Assembly: GCF_009914755.1 (NCBI RefSeq)
Contig: NC_060936.1
Strand: one strand, 5' to 3'
DNA length: 64,000 nucleotides
Source: the human T2T-CHM13v2.0 reference genome, Homo sapiens
The notes beneath the pieces are model-generated. The model had not been told where the DNA came from. It ran no database searches and worked only from the letters and a program-made list of their open reading frames with translations. The stretch's first letter is position 1, and every line of letters begins with the position of its first letter. Made by a program: the position numbers and the translations under genes. Positions 15,146 through 30,903 of this stretch are shown piece after piece.

Positions 15146-15712
15146 CTGGGGGTTCAAGAGCAAGGGCTGGTTACGAAAGGACATGACCTCTGAGAGAGGG
15201 GGGATCTTTAGAAAAAAGTCACTCACCATGTTTATTATGACAAGCATGCTAGAGTGGTAAGACTGGGGACTGAGTCACCACTTCCTAGATGGGTTGATTT
15301 TACCTCTCTGAGCCTCAGTTTCCTCATCTGAAAAAGGAGATATATTTTCTTTTTCCTCTAGAGTTTTGAGTGTTAAAAGCAGTAATGGACGTGAAAAACT
15401 CTAATGCGGGGCCTGAAACAGTAGCTGAGTATAAACGTGAGCCTCCCTTTCTTTCCTGAAATACCCAAGGGGACAGCAGGTTTGCTTTCCCAAAGGCCAA
15501 GCCTTCACCCTTTTCTCTGGCTCCCTCTACTGCCCGGCTGTACCTCTTTTCTGCTGCTCTGTCACCACCTCTGGAAGGAGGAAGTCTACAGGGGACTTCG
15601 GGCAGAGCTGCAGTGAGTATGGTGGCTAATGCCCCTTCCACAGCAGAGCAGCTCTAGTGACTGAGTTCATCACAGCAGTGACTTGTAGCAGCTTCATTTA
15701 AAAACAGAGCTA

Positions 15713-15798
15713 GGCTAGCCTGGGCAACACAAGACCCTGTGTCAAAAAAAAAAAAAAAAAAAACAAACCAAAAACCAAAACTAAAAAAGTAAAAATCT
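15713..15798 (+). mobile_element. Severely 5'-truncated Alu (about 30 bp body + A-tail)
   Basis: AGCCTGGGCAACACAAGACCCTGTGTC-(A)n; flanking CAGAGCTA repeats at 15705-15712 and 15799-15806; TT/AAAA site. Confidence 0.75.
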
Positions 15799-17091
15799 CA
15801 GAGCTAACAAAGGCAAAGACCCAAGGAAGACTTGGGAGGGCCCCACACAAGCTTTAAACATGCCCCAAATAAAGAAATCACTTCTCATAAATCCTTTCTT
15901 CTGCTCAAATCATGAAAGCCTTCTTTTTCTAGTAAGGAAAGAGACTGTTCCTAAATCTGGTATTTCTTTTGATGGCAGAAATTGGGGACAGAGAAGCAAT
16001 AAAGCCTTTCTTTTCAAGATTATTATTCTCTCCCTTACGTCATGTGCTTCTGTTCCAAAATTTGTCTTGTAGCCTAGCCTAAATATACCACTCTAAATCT
16101 GGGTTGCACTAAAATTTTTATTAGAGTCAAGTACATCCCGATTTCTAATGAGCTGTATGACTCAAAAGTCTGAATTTGCACCAGGCCAAGATTAGGCCAA
16201 ATAATGCATTATTTTTGGTGGAGTCCTCTGAATCATGCTTTGCTCTTTTACAAGTGGTTAGTCATGCTGGACAAGCATTCAGCATGTGGATTGCAGCATC
16301 ACTGATGTGAACACCCAGGATGTTTTCTGTAATGGATTGGTTGTTCCAATGTCTAGACAACAGCTACAGAACATGGATGAAACTGAGACCAATTTTGAAT
16401 AGCAGAGGCTTGATTCTTCAAATATATTGAAGAGATTATAAGGGAGATGAAGAAAGTTGGGCTCTAGCTTCATTGAGGTTCAAATGAGAGGAAACTGGGT
16501 TAGTAGACAGACAATGAACATCCAGGAAAGACTTTTTTCAGGCAATAAGAGCCTGTAAGACACTGGAGTTTTTTATGAACCATGTCTTTAGTTGGAGAAC
16601 CATTTGTCTGAAATGAATCAAGTGCTGGAGGTGGAAGCAGGTGTTGAGTGCTCTCTGCACCCCCTACTTGTGCTGTGACACTGAACTGTTCTCTAGGAAA
16701 AGGGACAATGTTGGCTCTTTAAATACTGATTTTGGAAAGCTCCAAAGGAGTGGTCCTCAAATGTCTTCCTTCATCAGTTAGAGGCAAAATGGCTAGTGTG
16801 TGCTCAAATCCTAGTGCTGCCCTTTCTAGGTCTTAAGCTAATTCTAAAATTTCTCAAATCTTCAGGTTTTTCACTGGTAAAATAGGGATAGTGATAACAT
16901 CAATCTTCGAAGGCTACTGTAAAGATTAAAGGAGAAAAGACTATGCAAACTGCTCAGCGCAGAGCCTGTCACGTAGTAAGCTCACAACAAACAGTAGCTA
17001 TTATTGTTACTTGGCAGTTTGCTCAGAAGAGCCTTTTAATTCCCTGACTCCAGGGTGAGGGACATGATGGTAATCTAACGAAATACCATGT

Positions 17092-17281
17092 AGCTGAGTG
17101 TTGTGGTGCATGCCTGTGGTCCCAGCTACTTGGGAGGCTGAGGCAGGAGGACTGATCAAGGCCAGGAGTTGAGGCTGCACTGTGCTATGATCACATCTGT
17201 GAATAGCCACTGCATTCCAGCCTGGACAACATAGTGAGATCCTGTCTCCAAAACAAAAACACAAAATACAACTAAAAAAAA
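17092..17281 (+). mobile_element. FAM (fossil Alu monomer, 7SL-derived)
   Basis: Monomer retaining the 7SL-type GTGAATAGCCACTGCA segment. Confidence 0.8.
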
Positions 17282-17732
17282 CCATAGTAATATTATGAAC
17301 TGGCTCAATGAACAATTCTCACTTTCTCAATTAGGCCTATTCTTAAAATGCTTTGTTACCTTGTAAACCCCATTCTTTAACCCCATCCCAATCTTCTTCC
17401 TATGTTTTACTTTTTCTTTCTTTCTTTTTTAACAGCACTTATCACCTTTTAACATACTATATAATTTACTCATTAAGTTTATTGTTTATGGTTTGTGTCC
17501 TCTGATAGAATATAGGCTGCACAATGGCAGGATTTTTGTTATTTTTTGGTCACTGATGTACACTGAGCACCTAACACAGTGCCTGAATATGTTGGACCCC
17601 TTGGTTAAATGAACAATTCTGGGCTAAACAATGAAAGTGATGTCTTCAGCCTGACAGAGCTAAAGATGACAGCACTTAGGACCTAGTGAGTGAAGTGGTT
17701 ACATAAGTTTCACTCACTCATTCACATAATAA

Positions 17733-18164
<432 letters not shown>

Positions 18165-21100
18165 TGGAAAGGGTTTTAAAGTAGAGGACTGGCACGATCC
18201 AATTGTGCTTTGGAAGGATCCCTCTGCTGGCAGTGGAGGGACAGGGGAAATGGCAAGGGGTTGAGAGATGTGGGGCCACCGGAGCCCAGGAACAGCCAAG
18301 TGTGAGATGATGAAGGTGGGAGAAAGGCAGATTTGAGAGGTACCTGTATGTGGAGGGAGGTAAGAGAGAGGAAGGAAGAGAGGATTCTCCAGGGCTTCCA
18401 GTTAAGCCTCTGGGTAGAAGAAGATGCCGCTAGCCAGAATAGGGATTAAAGGCTGAAGAGTAACATTAGGCAGGAGGGGCAGCTGTAGGGGTGTTCATGA
18501 TTTAGTTTGGGGGGCATATGAATATTAAGGGCCCTCTGTGAAATACATTCATGCAACAATTATTATCTAAATGTGTGTCTGACCATGTAAAAATCTCCTT
18601 AGACTTGGGACAGAACTGGAGTCAGAGATACCAATTTGGGAAGGAGAAGGATCTAGTGACAGAAACTTGGGAGTGCCCAGTGGGTAGGTACTGGCTATAA
18701 TCATGGTAAGAAGTGACATGTGGTAGAGATGTTGTGCAAACAGCAGGCCAGAAGCTTGCTCCTTAGAATCCTAATATCTAAATGGTGGGTGAAGAAAGAG
18801 GACCGGTCAAAGGACAGTGAGAAGGGGCTGAGAAGCAGAAGGAAACCCAGCAGAGAGTGAGATGGAGAATGTCATCACTCAGGGAGTCCTAAAATTCACT
18901 CCGGGAAAACCCCCAATTCTTTACATTTATTCCCAGGCAGACTGAAATGCTGGTAATGCAGATAAAATTTTCCCTATTGCTTCATCGTAGAATCCTTTTA
19001 CTGGAAAACAAACAAACTGGGTGGGCTATGGGAACAGATACATGAGTTCTCCTCTCTGCTAATTTAACCAACCACACTGACTCCCATCACAGAACTGCAC
19101 AAACAAGCCAGAAACTGAACCCTACCCGGAATCCCCTGGTGTATGAAGGGAGCCTAGCTCTGGCTGACTCTGCTTGTGTTCACAGACACTTTGCCTCATT
19201 GGTTCGTGCCTCAGCTTCCAATCTGGACATGGAGCACAATAACAGTGGGCCCACTGCTCTCCGAATTCCTGCGCGCACTTGAAGGTGAGTTAAGAAATGC
19301 TCATAAAGTGCTTTGAGCCCCTAAAAGAAAGAAACGTGAAGTCTATACATTATCTTTGTAAGCCTGTGAATACGTCTTTATCTATAAACGCCTCATCTTG
19401 AAAGAAGCTCTCCTCCAGGGCAGTGTTTTATCTCACCCAATGTCAGAGCTCAGTATTCTGAATAAAGAATTTGGTTACCATGGGAACTGAGGAATCTCAA
19501 ACATACACACACCCCTGATTCCAGAAACACAACAGGAGCTGACTCAAAAGGTCTGGAAGAGTTAGAAAGGGGAAAGATGACACAAGCAATAGTGAAGGCT
19601 AGTGGAGGGAAGCGGGGCTTTCGTCCAAGGAAGCAAAAAATCATAATGTGTTATTTTTTAGGGAGTGTCTGGTGCAGGCATGCAGGGAGGAAGAATGACT
19701 CTGAGCTTGACCATTCAACTTCGAAACTTTAACATCAATGGATCAGCACACACTGGTGTACGGTCTGCTATGCATGCAGCCCTGTGCTAGGCAAAAGAAG
19801 TATCAGACCAGGAACTGACAGCCTCACTGCAACAGGAAGAGAGGCTTCACACAATAAGCGTTTCATTCAACCAGGCTGGACCTGTGCTTATTGAGTTGAA
19901 CATCACTGAGCACAAAATGCAAGCCAGACACCATAAGAGCTGTAAGGATGATAAAGATGTCTTTCTACCCTCGAGAGCTCTAAGTGTGGTCAGGAGAGAA
20001 ACACATGCAAAGATTATGCTGGCTGGAAGGAAATGCTGGAATGAAGGTGGAAGGTACATCTAGAATGTTCTGGGGGTGAGGAATAGCGAATGATGGGTTC
20101 TGACTTAGAACATGAAGGGAAGGTATTAAGAAAGAGGTGATATTAAGCATTTATTGAGCATCTCTACTTTTTTTGTGTATGTGACCTTGTTTGGAAATAC
20201 AATATCTCTTCTTGATGCTGGCAATGAATAGTATGACAACCTTCTGTCCTCACAGAGCTTCCAACAAACAGAGGCTGTGGAGGGTTGAGAGGAGCTGGGG
20301 ACATATGAGCAAAGGTCTGGAAGTGGATGTTGTGTCTGGGGTGGGAGGCATGTTGGGTGGTGGTGGGTGGGACGCTCTGAGATCAGGTTGACATGGGAGT
20401 GGTGCTATGTGTGGAGGGTGGTCAGTGCCATCACAGGGCATTTTTACTAGGCTTTACTGCCTGGTCAAACATTTGGCACCCAAAGTTGATCCACCCTCTC
20501 CTAGTGGAAATGAAGCATCTCATTACTAACTGGGCTTTTGTTCAAACCCCAACATCTGGTTGGATGGGCCTGAGGCCCCCAACCAGAGCTGAGCAGCCTC
20601 TGGGGAGGCTCAGTTTCTGAGCAAAGACAGGCGATGTGATCAGTCCTGTGCCTTAGGCAGGTGGTGATAAAAGGACACTTTAGAAGGGTCAGAAATGGGA
20701 GAGCTGGAAGCCAATACCATGGCAATCATTTGTGCAAGAGATGATGAAGACCTGTGTAGATGGAAGGGAAGGAAGGGACAGCTGGGAGCTGACCAGGATG
20801 AGCCAATAATTAGATGCAGAAGTGAAGGAGTCAGAATGACATTGGAACAGGGTGGGTAGGAGGAGGGAGGGGACCATCACTAAGACAGAGAACACAGAAA
20901 GGGATCTGATTTTGCGTGGAAATCTGCGTTGTGTTTTGGACATGCTGATTTGGGAGATACTTGAGGTGGTGATGCCTCCTGGGAGCTGGAAATATAAGGC
21001 TGGTGCTTAGGAGAGAAGGCAGCATGAGACGTGTTGACCCGGGCATCATCTACAGAGAAACAGCCTGAAGCCCTTGCCTGGTGGGAGTTTATAAAAGACT

Positions 21101-21617
21101 TACGGGATAACTGACAGCTATCAGGGGGAGAGAAAATGGTGATTAATTAGGCTGAGACACAGAATCTTATCATTGGCAAGGCTTTTGGACATGAGGTGGC
21201 TTAAATATTAGAGATATTTAATAAATGTTTGTCAAATCAAACCAAACTTCCCACCTAGTGCAAATGTCACATGGCATAAGTGTCACCCATCTATCCAGAT
21301 GGCACTTGAATTCTTCCAGGGGCAAGGACATTACCTCATGACGTCCATTTTACTGTTAGACACCTAAAATAGTTCCTGGTACAGAGTAAGTGAACAAGAA
21401 ATCCACTATCTTTTGAATGAAGGAATGAACGAGTGGGTAAATCACATTGTCTCAGGCTCCATGCTGAGTCTGATGGGATGGCAAGACATTCAGGGGAGAC
21501 AGACAGAGGTTAGGCTGGAAAGTTACCAACACACTGGTGACAGCTGAAGCTATGATGGGGACCAAGATCTTTATGGGACAGAGCAGAGAGAGAGAAGCAC
21601 AGGAGAGGCAAGGATGA

Positions 21618-21854
<237 letters not shown>

Positions 21855-23399
21855 TAGTGGGGAGAGGGCAATAAATAAATGAGCAGATAGAGATATATAA
21901 TGCAATTGATTATAAGTGAAGCAAAGCAAAATAAAGCTGGATAAGAGGACAGAAAAGGACAGGGTGCTATTTTCAATAGAACGGCTGGACAAGGCCCCTT
22001 TTAATCAAAGTGAGGGGGCAAAGCAGGGTGCTAAGACTGAAAACCCTTGGTCCCAACTTCCTGTGGTTACAAACAGGGTTGAATTATCTAGGAACATGGG
22101 CAAACACTGGTCTGTAAATCTCCTAAGTGGTAATGTGGGAACCCCCTAAGAGTTTAGCAGTTGAGCTCTTTCTTCCAAACTTCTCTTTCTCTAGGCGGAA
22201 CTTCCCAAGCTGCCAATGGCCTCCATTGGGGCCTGGTCATTTAGAGGGAAAAATGACATCAGCAACCTAGGTGCTGACAGCTGACAAAGTTCTTTCAAAT
22301 GCACAATGAAACCGGCCTTTGCAATCATGCCTTAGAAATCTTATTTTATAGATGAGAAAACTGAGGCTCAGAAAGATTAAACAACTTGCTGCAAGTTACA
22401 AAATTCATAATTATTGGAGCTGAGGTTCTAACCCAAGTGTATCTGCAGTAACTTTGACTTTTTTATTGTTAATTCTAATAAAACTTGATCAAATTCTCAA
22501 AGGGAGGTGAAGTTAGGAGGAGGAGAATAGGCTAACATTTACTGAGTGTCTACCTCATGTCTAGGATTGAGTAGGTATTTACAGGTATTATCATATTTTA
22601 TCCTCACAACACCATAAAAGCTAGGTACTCATGCCCATCTTACAGATGAGGAAACTGAGGTACAGTGAGGCTGGCAATATACCAAAGGTCCTATGGCCAC
22701 TGAATGATGAACTGGGTTGGAGCATAGGTTACCCTGAAAATAAACTCCTGGTTTCCAACTTTTTCCTTTATATCTAGACATTTCATTTAAACCGTGAAAG
22801 TTTCATTAAGACCATCAAACTTCTCCTGCTGTTGGTCCCTATTGAGAACCTGGTGCTGAAATGAGCTGAAAAGGCCAAACTCTAACTTAAGTGCATAGAG
22901 AAAGGACAGTAGTCTGGAATGTTGCTGCTGGTCTAAGTGTGAGGATAATTCTATTGCCTCTTGTGAATACTAAACATATTCTGATAGTGCTATTTTTTTT
23001 CACAGCATTCTATTCATCTAAAAGCACCGGTAATTAACGATGCTAATAAATGTATAATCCCTTTGTAAACATCTCTTCACAAGGTCATAAAGAAGGAAGA
23101 CTGAATGAAGGACGCCAGGCTTTCATTTTAGAATTAATTTTGTCATTGAATGCACTCACTGCATTATTTGATAGAGTACTTTTGCATTTGAAGTAGTACA
23201 TTTGCCTTCTACCATCTCATTAACATTGCTTTCAACAGAATCAGAAATAACACAAACCACTGCAGGGTAATTTTGAATGCTCATTTGACTATGCAGTGAC
23301 ATCAAGTGGCGAGTTGAGGAATGATCATATGCTGTGTGAGAACTCCGTGTCAAAAATTCCATGGAGCCAGGCTAGACACCACATTTGGCACTTTCAGCT

Positions 23400-25165
<1,766 letters not shown>

Positions 25166-26813
25166 ATTATATCCACTCATTACTCAGGGTCTGGTAAAAC
25201 AAACGATCAGAAACTAGCCCCATCTGCTTGAAGTCTTAATGTGAACTGATTCAATCATGTCTATCTCATTCCTTATGAAATAAGAATGAACAGACAGAAG
25301 GGGTAATTGCCAAAACCTGCTTCAGGTCATAAACATTAGGTAATACATAAATAGTATCTTAGTAAATACTGAAAGATATTTAACAATAATCCTATAAGGT
25401 TACATTACATGCACACACACACACATCATATATAGGAGGTTATATTATCAGCACTTAACAAATGCAAAAGCTAAGTCTTAAAGTGGCTAACTTCCCAAGC
25501 ATCATTCTGCTAGTAAGCAGTAGAGCTGGAATTCAAATAAAATACAAGTTCATTTTATTATACCTGCTGCTTCCCAAACACAGGAAATAGAATGGAAAAG
25601 ACAAGCAGACATCTAACCCAGGGCACAAGATTTAAGGAGGCGCTCACTCTCAGTCCCCATCCTGCACTTGGACAGCTGTGAGAGTGAGTGCTTCCTTAAA
25701 TGCTGCACCCAAGGTGCATCTCCACCCTAGGAAAAGATATTGTTAAGTTAATTTGCTTTCTCCACACCCTCTGAAGGGAAGCTGGGAAGTCTGAATGAGG
25801 ACTGCAGGACAAGCACAGGAGCTGAGGCTCCGGTGCTAGCTCCCAGCTGCATTACATTCACTGTCCTCTGGAGGGCCCTGCAGTCACCTGGCCTAGGACT
25901 ACACACAGCGGTGAAACTCACATTCTCAGAACATTGACACAGCTCCGGGGAAAATGGTCCCACCATCAGGTTCAGGGTTGCAGCAGGGCAGCCAAGTTTG
26001 GAGGTCCCTGAAGTGGACCAATACTCAGTCCAGTGCAATATTATATGTATGTGAATTTTTCATGAGGTTGCTCCTGAGCGGAGCCAAACCACCTATGATT
26101 ACTTCTGGTGAAGATCCTGGTCTTTCCCTGAGCCTGGTTTGGTGCCTGTCACATGGGAGTGTTTTAACAAATGTGAGGAGTCATCAATGATCTAGAAGAC
26201 TTGGTTTCTGAGGGCAGTTTGGAGCACAAGGGATAGAAACTAGTAACCATTTGCACCTGCTATTCTCTACAGTCAAGGGAAAATGACCCCACATGAAGTC
26301 CTGGAAACAGGACCAGGATGACAAGAGAATAGATGTGTGCTCTGCTCAAAGGACTACCATCCAGGAACAACAAGGAGGATGGAAGCCCAGCTCTAGCAAA
26401 TGCTCCCTGCTCTCTGGCATTCAAAGGGAGTGTGGGGTAGAAATCAGGTATTCCTCAGCCCTTTATGCTTCCCATGTGTCCACGAATCCAGACCATGGCT
26501 TGACTTAAGATATTTGCTGAGTCTCCTAGAACCCTGCTATGGCTAATGTAGACATTCACTGTAAGCTTAAGCAAAGCTTAAGCTCGTCCCATCAATTTGG
26601 CAACTGGCCAAGGCATTTATTCTGATAAAATGCAAATGTGTGTGTGCTGCAGCCTGAAGAAATTAAAATGAGAAACTGTTAGGATTCAGCATTTCCTACT
26701 TAAATTAATTCAGCAACCATAAAAATTTGACGCGAATGCTTGCCAGAGGTGATGCAAGGAGTGGTACGGGAATCAAGCGCCACCCATGGATGCCTGAAGG
26801 ATTGTCTCCTTAC

Positions 26814-26994
26814 ATGGAATAGACAGTGATGCCTTCCCGTTCCTCAATCTTAACGCTTTTGTCACTGGGAGCTGGTGGGTCGCTTTGAAATTGGTTTGGA
26901 ATCCGGAACCAGACTTTTAATTTCTTCTGCAGAGAGCCATCTTCATTGGGGAACACAGCAAAGGAAATAGGGACTGTCATCCCCATCCCAATTC
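26814..26994 (-). CDS. HEBP1: HEBP1 coding exon 3 ([61 protein letters not shown])
   Basis: Acceptor TTTTCAG| at 26995, donor AT|GTAAG at 26813; 181 nt; contains the SOUL-family MTVP motif. Confidence 0.98.
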
Positions 26995-27245
26995 CTGAAA
27001 ACACAAAAGCACAGAGTGAGGCAGGGATCAGAGACAGAGCTTGCTCAGGGCTGTGGAAGACACATTAGTTCCATTCGTCTTTCAAAGTGGTATGTTTTTG
27101 TTCTTGAAATTAACAATGAACATTTCAAGTGTTAAAAATACAGAAATACATGAACACCTGTTATTTGTATACGCTGTTGGTAGGAGTATAGTGGTACAAC
27201 TCTAAAAAATGATTTGGCAATATATATCAAGACTGTAGATTATCA

Positions 27246-27246
27246 G

Positions 27247-27317
<71 letters not shown>

Positions 27318-27631
27318 CTCTCTCTCTCTCTTTCTTTCTTTCTTCTGACAGTCTTGCTCTGTTGCCCAGGCTGGAGTGCAGTGGCATGATCTCGGCTTAC
27401 TGCAAACTCTGCCTCCTGGGTTCCTGGGTTCAAGCGATTCTTGTGCCTCAGCCTTCTGAGTAGATGGGATTACAGGTGTGCGCCACCACACCCAGCTTAT
27501 TTTTGTATTTTTAGTAGAGATGGGGTTTTGCCATGTTGGCCAGGCTCGTCTTAAACTCCTACCTCAAGTGATTTGCCCATCTTGGCCTCCCAAAGTGCTG
27601 GGATTACAGGTGTGAGCCACCATTCCTAGCC
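27246..27631 (-). mobile_element. AluS with a tail expanded into a (TC)n/(TTTC)n microsatellite (27246-27345)
   Basis: Alu body 27346-27631; about 100-nt pure pyrimidine tract. Confidence 0.92.
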
Positions 27632-28114
27632 AGTATTTAATTACTGCCTATTTAAAACATCAATCTAAAATATGGAAAAGGCTATAGGTAGTAAGATATT
27701 CATTACAGCAGAATTATAAATTCTGTTCAAAACAGGAATATGTCTGTGTAAATTACAGACACATGATACAATATAATGTAGCTAGGAATTATGCTTAAGA
27801 AGACTCTGGTACTAGTGGAAAATAATTATGAAATAATAACTAACAGAAGCAGGATATGTAATTATAGGAACACTAAGATTACATTAAAAAGCCCTAAAAA
27901 ATACATTCAAAAGACAACATTGATTGTATTGAATGGGGGAATTAGGGAATACTGTTTTGTTATTTTAAAGGTTTTCTTTAGTGAGTTTTATAATTCTTAT
28001 ACATATTTTCATTTAAAAAAATGTTAAGACAGTGTTAAGAAGGAAAAGATTTCTTCCTGACCTCCTACAGGTTAACGTATCTTCCAAAGCCTGACTACTT
28101 TAGTCCTAGTAAAT

Positions 28115-28184
28115 TTTTTTTTTAAAGCAAGTTTTTTAAGTAAGTAAAGGAATAAAAGAATGGTTACTCAATAGACAGAGCAGC
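28115..28184 (-). mobile_element. 5'-truncated, polyadenylated MER41-like LTR fragment with TSD
   Basis: Minus strand GCTGCTCTGTCTATTGAGTAACCATTCTTTTATTCCTTTACTTACTTAAAAAACTTGCTTT-(A)n resembles the MER41 R region; TSD TCCTAGTAAAT at 28104-28114 and 28185-28195. Confidence 0.75.
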
Positions 28185-28972
28185 TCCTAGTAAATGTTAC
28201 TAAGGCTAACACATGTTTTTAGCTCTCTAAATTATCAGCTTGAGAAATATCCTAAAAATTAAACACATCTCTTTTTTTTCCTCTTGCTTTCTGACCCATT
28301 TTTGTTTTGCAGTGATTCCAAAATGCTACCCAAATTAGAGGGCTTCTCACGAGTCAAACTCATTTTTAAATATGGTTTACATCTAACAGGTACACCTTTC
28401 ATGAGACTTCAGGCTTATCATTTTAAAAGTAGAGAGGTGGCCAGCATGAACTGCCAAGTTTTTAAGAGCAGGATGGCCCAAGAATTCTCAGACCCTTCAT
28501 TTGCCAGACAGGGTCTGGAACCCCACTGCTCACTGAGCCTCAGGACCCAGCAGAATCTGAGCTACCAGGGGCTGACTCTGGGGATCTCCAGCCTGATGCT
28601 GGCCTTGCCTTGTGCTGTAGCTCAGCTTACTGTGGGCACACGCCACCTAGTCAACCAATCCAAAGACATAATAAGCACTGCAGGGTTAAAAAAAAAATAG
28701 AGCATATGGTCCCACACCTGGGAGTGAAGCAGGAACTTGGAGATATTGAGCAGGGATGCCTTCAAGTGAGGGACAGACTGGGCTGATATCAGAGTGGTTT
28801 CCCCACATTCCTGCAATAAACTGCTTGTTCACACAGTGCAGGAGGTTCACAGGTCATTGAAACAGGTCACTACAGGTGCCTTGTAGCCCCTCACTTGCAT
28901 TTACCACTGATGAAGTGAGACCTTGCAAAGCTGGTGCCCGAGACCAGAGCCACATCCTGCAGGGGTACTCAC

Positions 28973-29111
28973 CCTTGTCATTGGTGCCCCCCGCATACTT
29001 TGCGACCTTGGGCATTGCTTCCCGTAGAGCCTCATCCACAGGCTTATCTGTCACTTCTACTGTGGCAAATTTGCCGCCTTCACAGGCCCTTTCTTCATAG
29101 GCAACTTCTTC
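28973..29111 (-). CDS. HEBP1: HEBP1 coding exon 2 ([47 protein letters not shown])
   Basis: Acceptor TCTCTCTAG| at 29112, donor G|GTGAGT at 28972; 139 nt; phase consistent with neighbouring exons; SOUL/HBP family sequence. Confidence 0.98.
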
Positions 29112-29815
29112 CTAGAGAGAGAGAAGGTACAGTGTTTAAGAGGTACAAAGTAGCAACTTGTGATGTCTCTAGAAGTAGTAACAGAGGGCTAAAAAACTTT
29201 CCTTGGTGGGTATGGCCATAGAGCAGAAGGGACAGGCCTGAGTATGAAGGGCCATGAGAAATAGATTCTGGGATTCTTGTAGAGACAATATCCAAAGCAG
29301 GAAAATCTTATACATTATATTCTTGGGGAGATAAGAGAAGATATTGCATCCTGAAAACCAGAATGCTACAAAAATGGAACATTCAGAGAGCAAAAGAGCT
29401 CTCAGAAATTAAAAATCTGATAACAGAGAAGAAAAATTCAGTAAACAGGTTGGAAGATAAAGTTAAACAAACAGGAGATTCAGAAAAAAATACAGATAAA
29501 CTTAGAAGGGAGGAAACAAAAAATACAACGATGACAATCCAACAAAACTGTGAAGCTCCCAAAATTAGGCTCATTCTAGTAGGAGGACTGCAATTCAAGG
29601 AATCAGAGTTCATTTTTCCCTTGGCCTCCTTGGGGGACTGGATCCAGGACCTCTATGGATACCAAAATCCATGGATGCTCAAGTCCCTGATATAAAATGG
29701 TGTAGTATTTTGCATATAACCCACACACATCCTCATACATACTTTAAATCATCTCTACATTACTTATAATACTTAATACAATGTAAAAGCCAAGCAAATA
29801 GTTGCTACTCTCTGT

Positions 29816-29816
29816 G

Positions 29817-29851
<35 letters not shown>
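29816..29851. repeat. (CA)n microsatellite
   Basis: Directly visible, with one interruption. Confidence 0.9.
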
Positions 29852-29852
<1 letters not shown>

Positions 29853-29854
29853 TA

Positions 29855-30903
29855 TATTTTATTTATTTATTTATTTTTGAGACAGTGTTTCACTCTGTCA
29901 CCCAGGCTGGTGTGCAGTGGTATGATCATGGCTCACTAGCCTCGACCTCCTGAGCTCAAGCGATCCTCCTACTTAGGCTTCCTGAGTAAGTGGGACCGCA
30001 GGTGCATACCACCATGCCCTGCTAATTAAAAAAAAAAATTTTTTTTTTTTTTGGTAAAGTCTCCCTATGTTGTACAGGCTGGTCTCAAACTCCTGGGCTC
30101 AAGCAATCCTCCTGTCTTGGCTTCCCAGTGTTGGCATTATAGGCATGAGCCACAATTGAAACTGCCTTTGCAAAAATTATAACTGAGGAAATTATGACAG
30201 TGAAAGAAATCAGACTTCATTGACTCTATCTTGTTTCTAACCCTTAAGCTGTCCTTGTGGGATTCCTGGGCTTAGGCCGAACTAAATGTAGGAAGGAATT
30301 CAGTTCGTGGCTTGACTCTGAAAGAAAATTGGTAACAGCCCTTTCCCAATAAGACCCCCTTCTTGCCTGGGGTCCAGTCTGACTTTGCAGGACTAACAAA
30401 TTAGCTACAAGATTAGAAATTACAATTTAGAGGTCATGCAGCCTCTGGCTCCAAGAGTCTGAACCTCCTCAAATTGCTCCTGGGGATAACATCACTATTG
30501 TAAAACCTAAGATCAGTGCGTGAGATATTTTCCAGACCCTGTACTCGATGGATCAGCTGACACCACTCAGACCAGTAATCTGGCCCAACCAGTTCTGCCA
30601 TTGCACCGAGGAACAGAAGACAGCAAGAAAAACCTAACTTGGCACCCCCCATGATTCCATCTCCAACCTGACCAATCAGCACTCCCCACTCCCCAAGCCA
30701 CTACCTGCCAAATTATCTTTAAAAACTCTCATCCCTGAATGCTCAGGGAGACTGATTTGAGTAATAACAAACCTCTGGTCTCCCGCAGAGCTGGCTCTGC
30801 ATGAATTACTCTTTCTCCATTACAATTCCCCTGTCTTGATAAATTGGTTCTATCTAGGCAGCAGGCAAGGTGAACCCACTGGGCAGTTACACCACGCCTG
30901 GCC
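29855..30903 (-). mobile_element. AluJ split by an LTR (29855-30156 and 30892-30903)
   Basis: ...GCATGAGCCACAAT [LTR] CCACGCCTGGCC completes the Alu 5' end. Confidence 0.88.
30157..30891 (+). mobile_element. Solo ERV1 LTR (LTR8-like)
   Basis: TG...CA termini: TGAAACTGCCTTTGCAAAAATTATAACTGAG...GAACCCACTGGGCAGTTACA; 735 bp. Confidence 0.85.

Noticed and set aside
19243-19256. 14-bp palindrome CAGTGGGCCCACTG
   Set aside because: About 4 are expected by chance in 64 kb (64000/4^7).
27202-27491. ER-repeat ORFs
   Set aside because: Products of the (TC)n microsatellite and an Alu.
29363-29695. 110-aa coiled-coil-like ORF (ELSEIKNLITEKKNSVNRLEDKV)
   Set aside because: Resembles a decayed L1 ORF1 fragment running into MER2; no gene structure.
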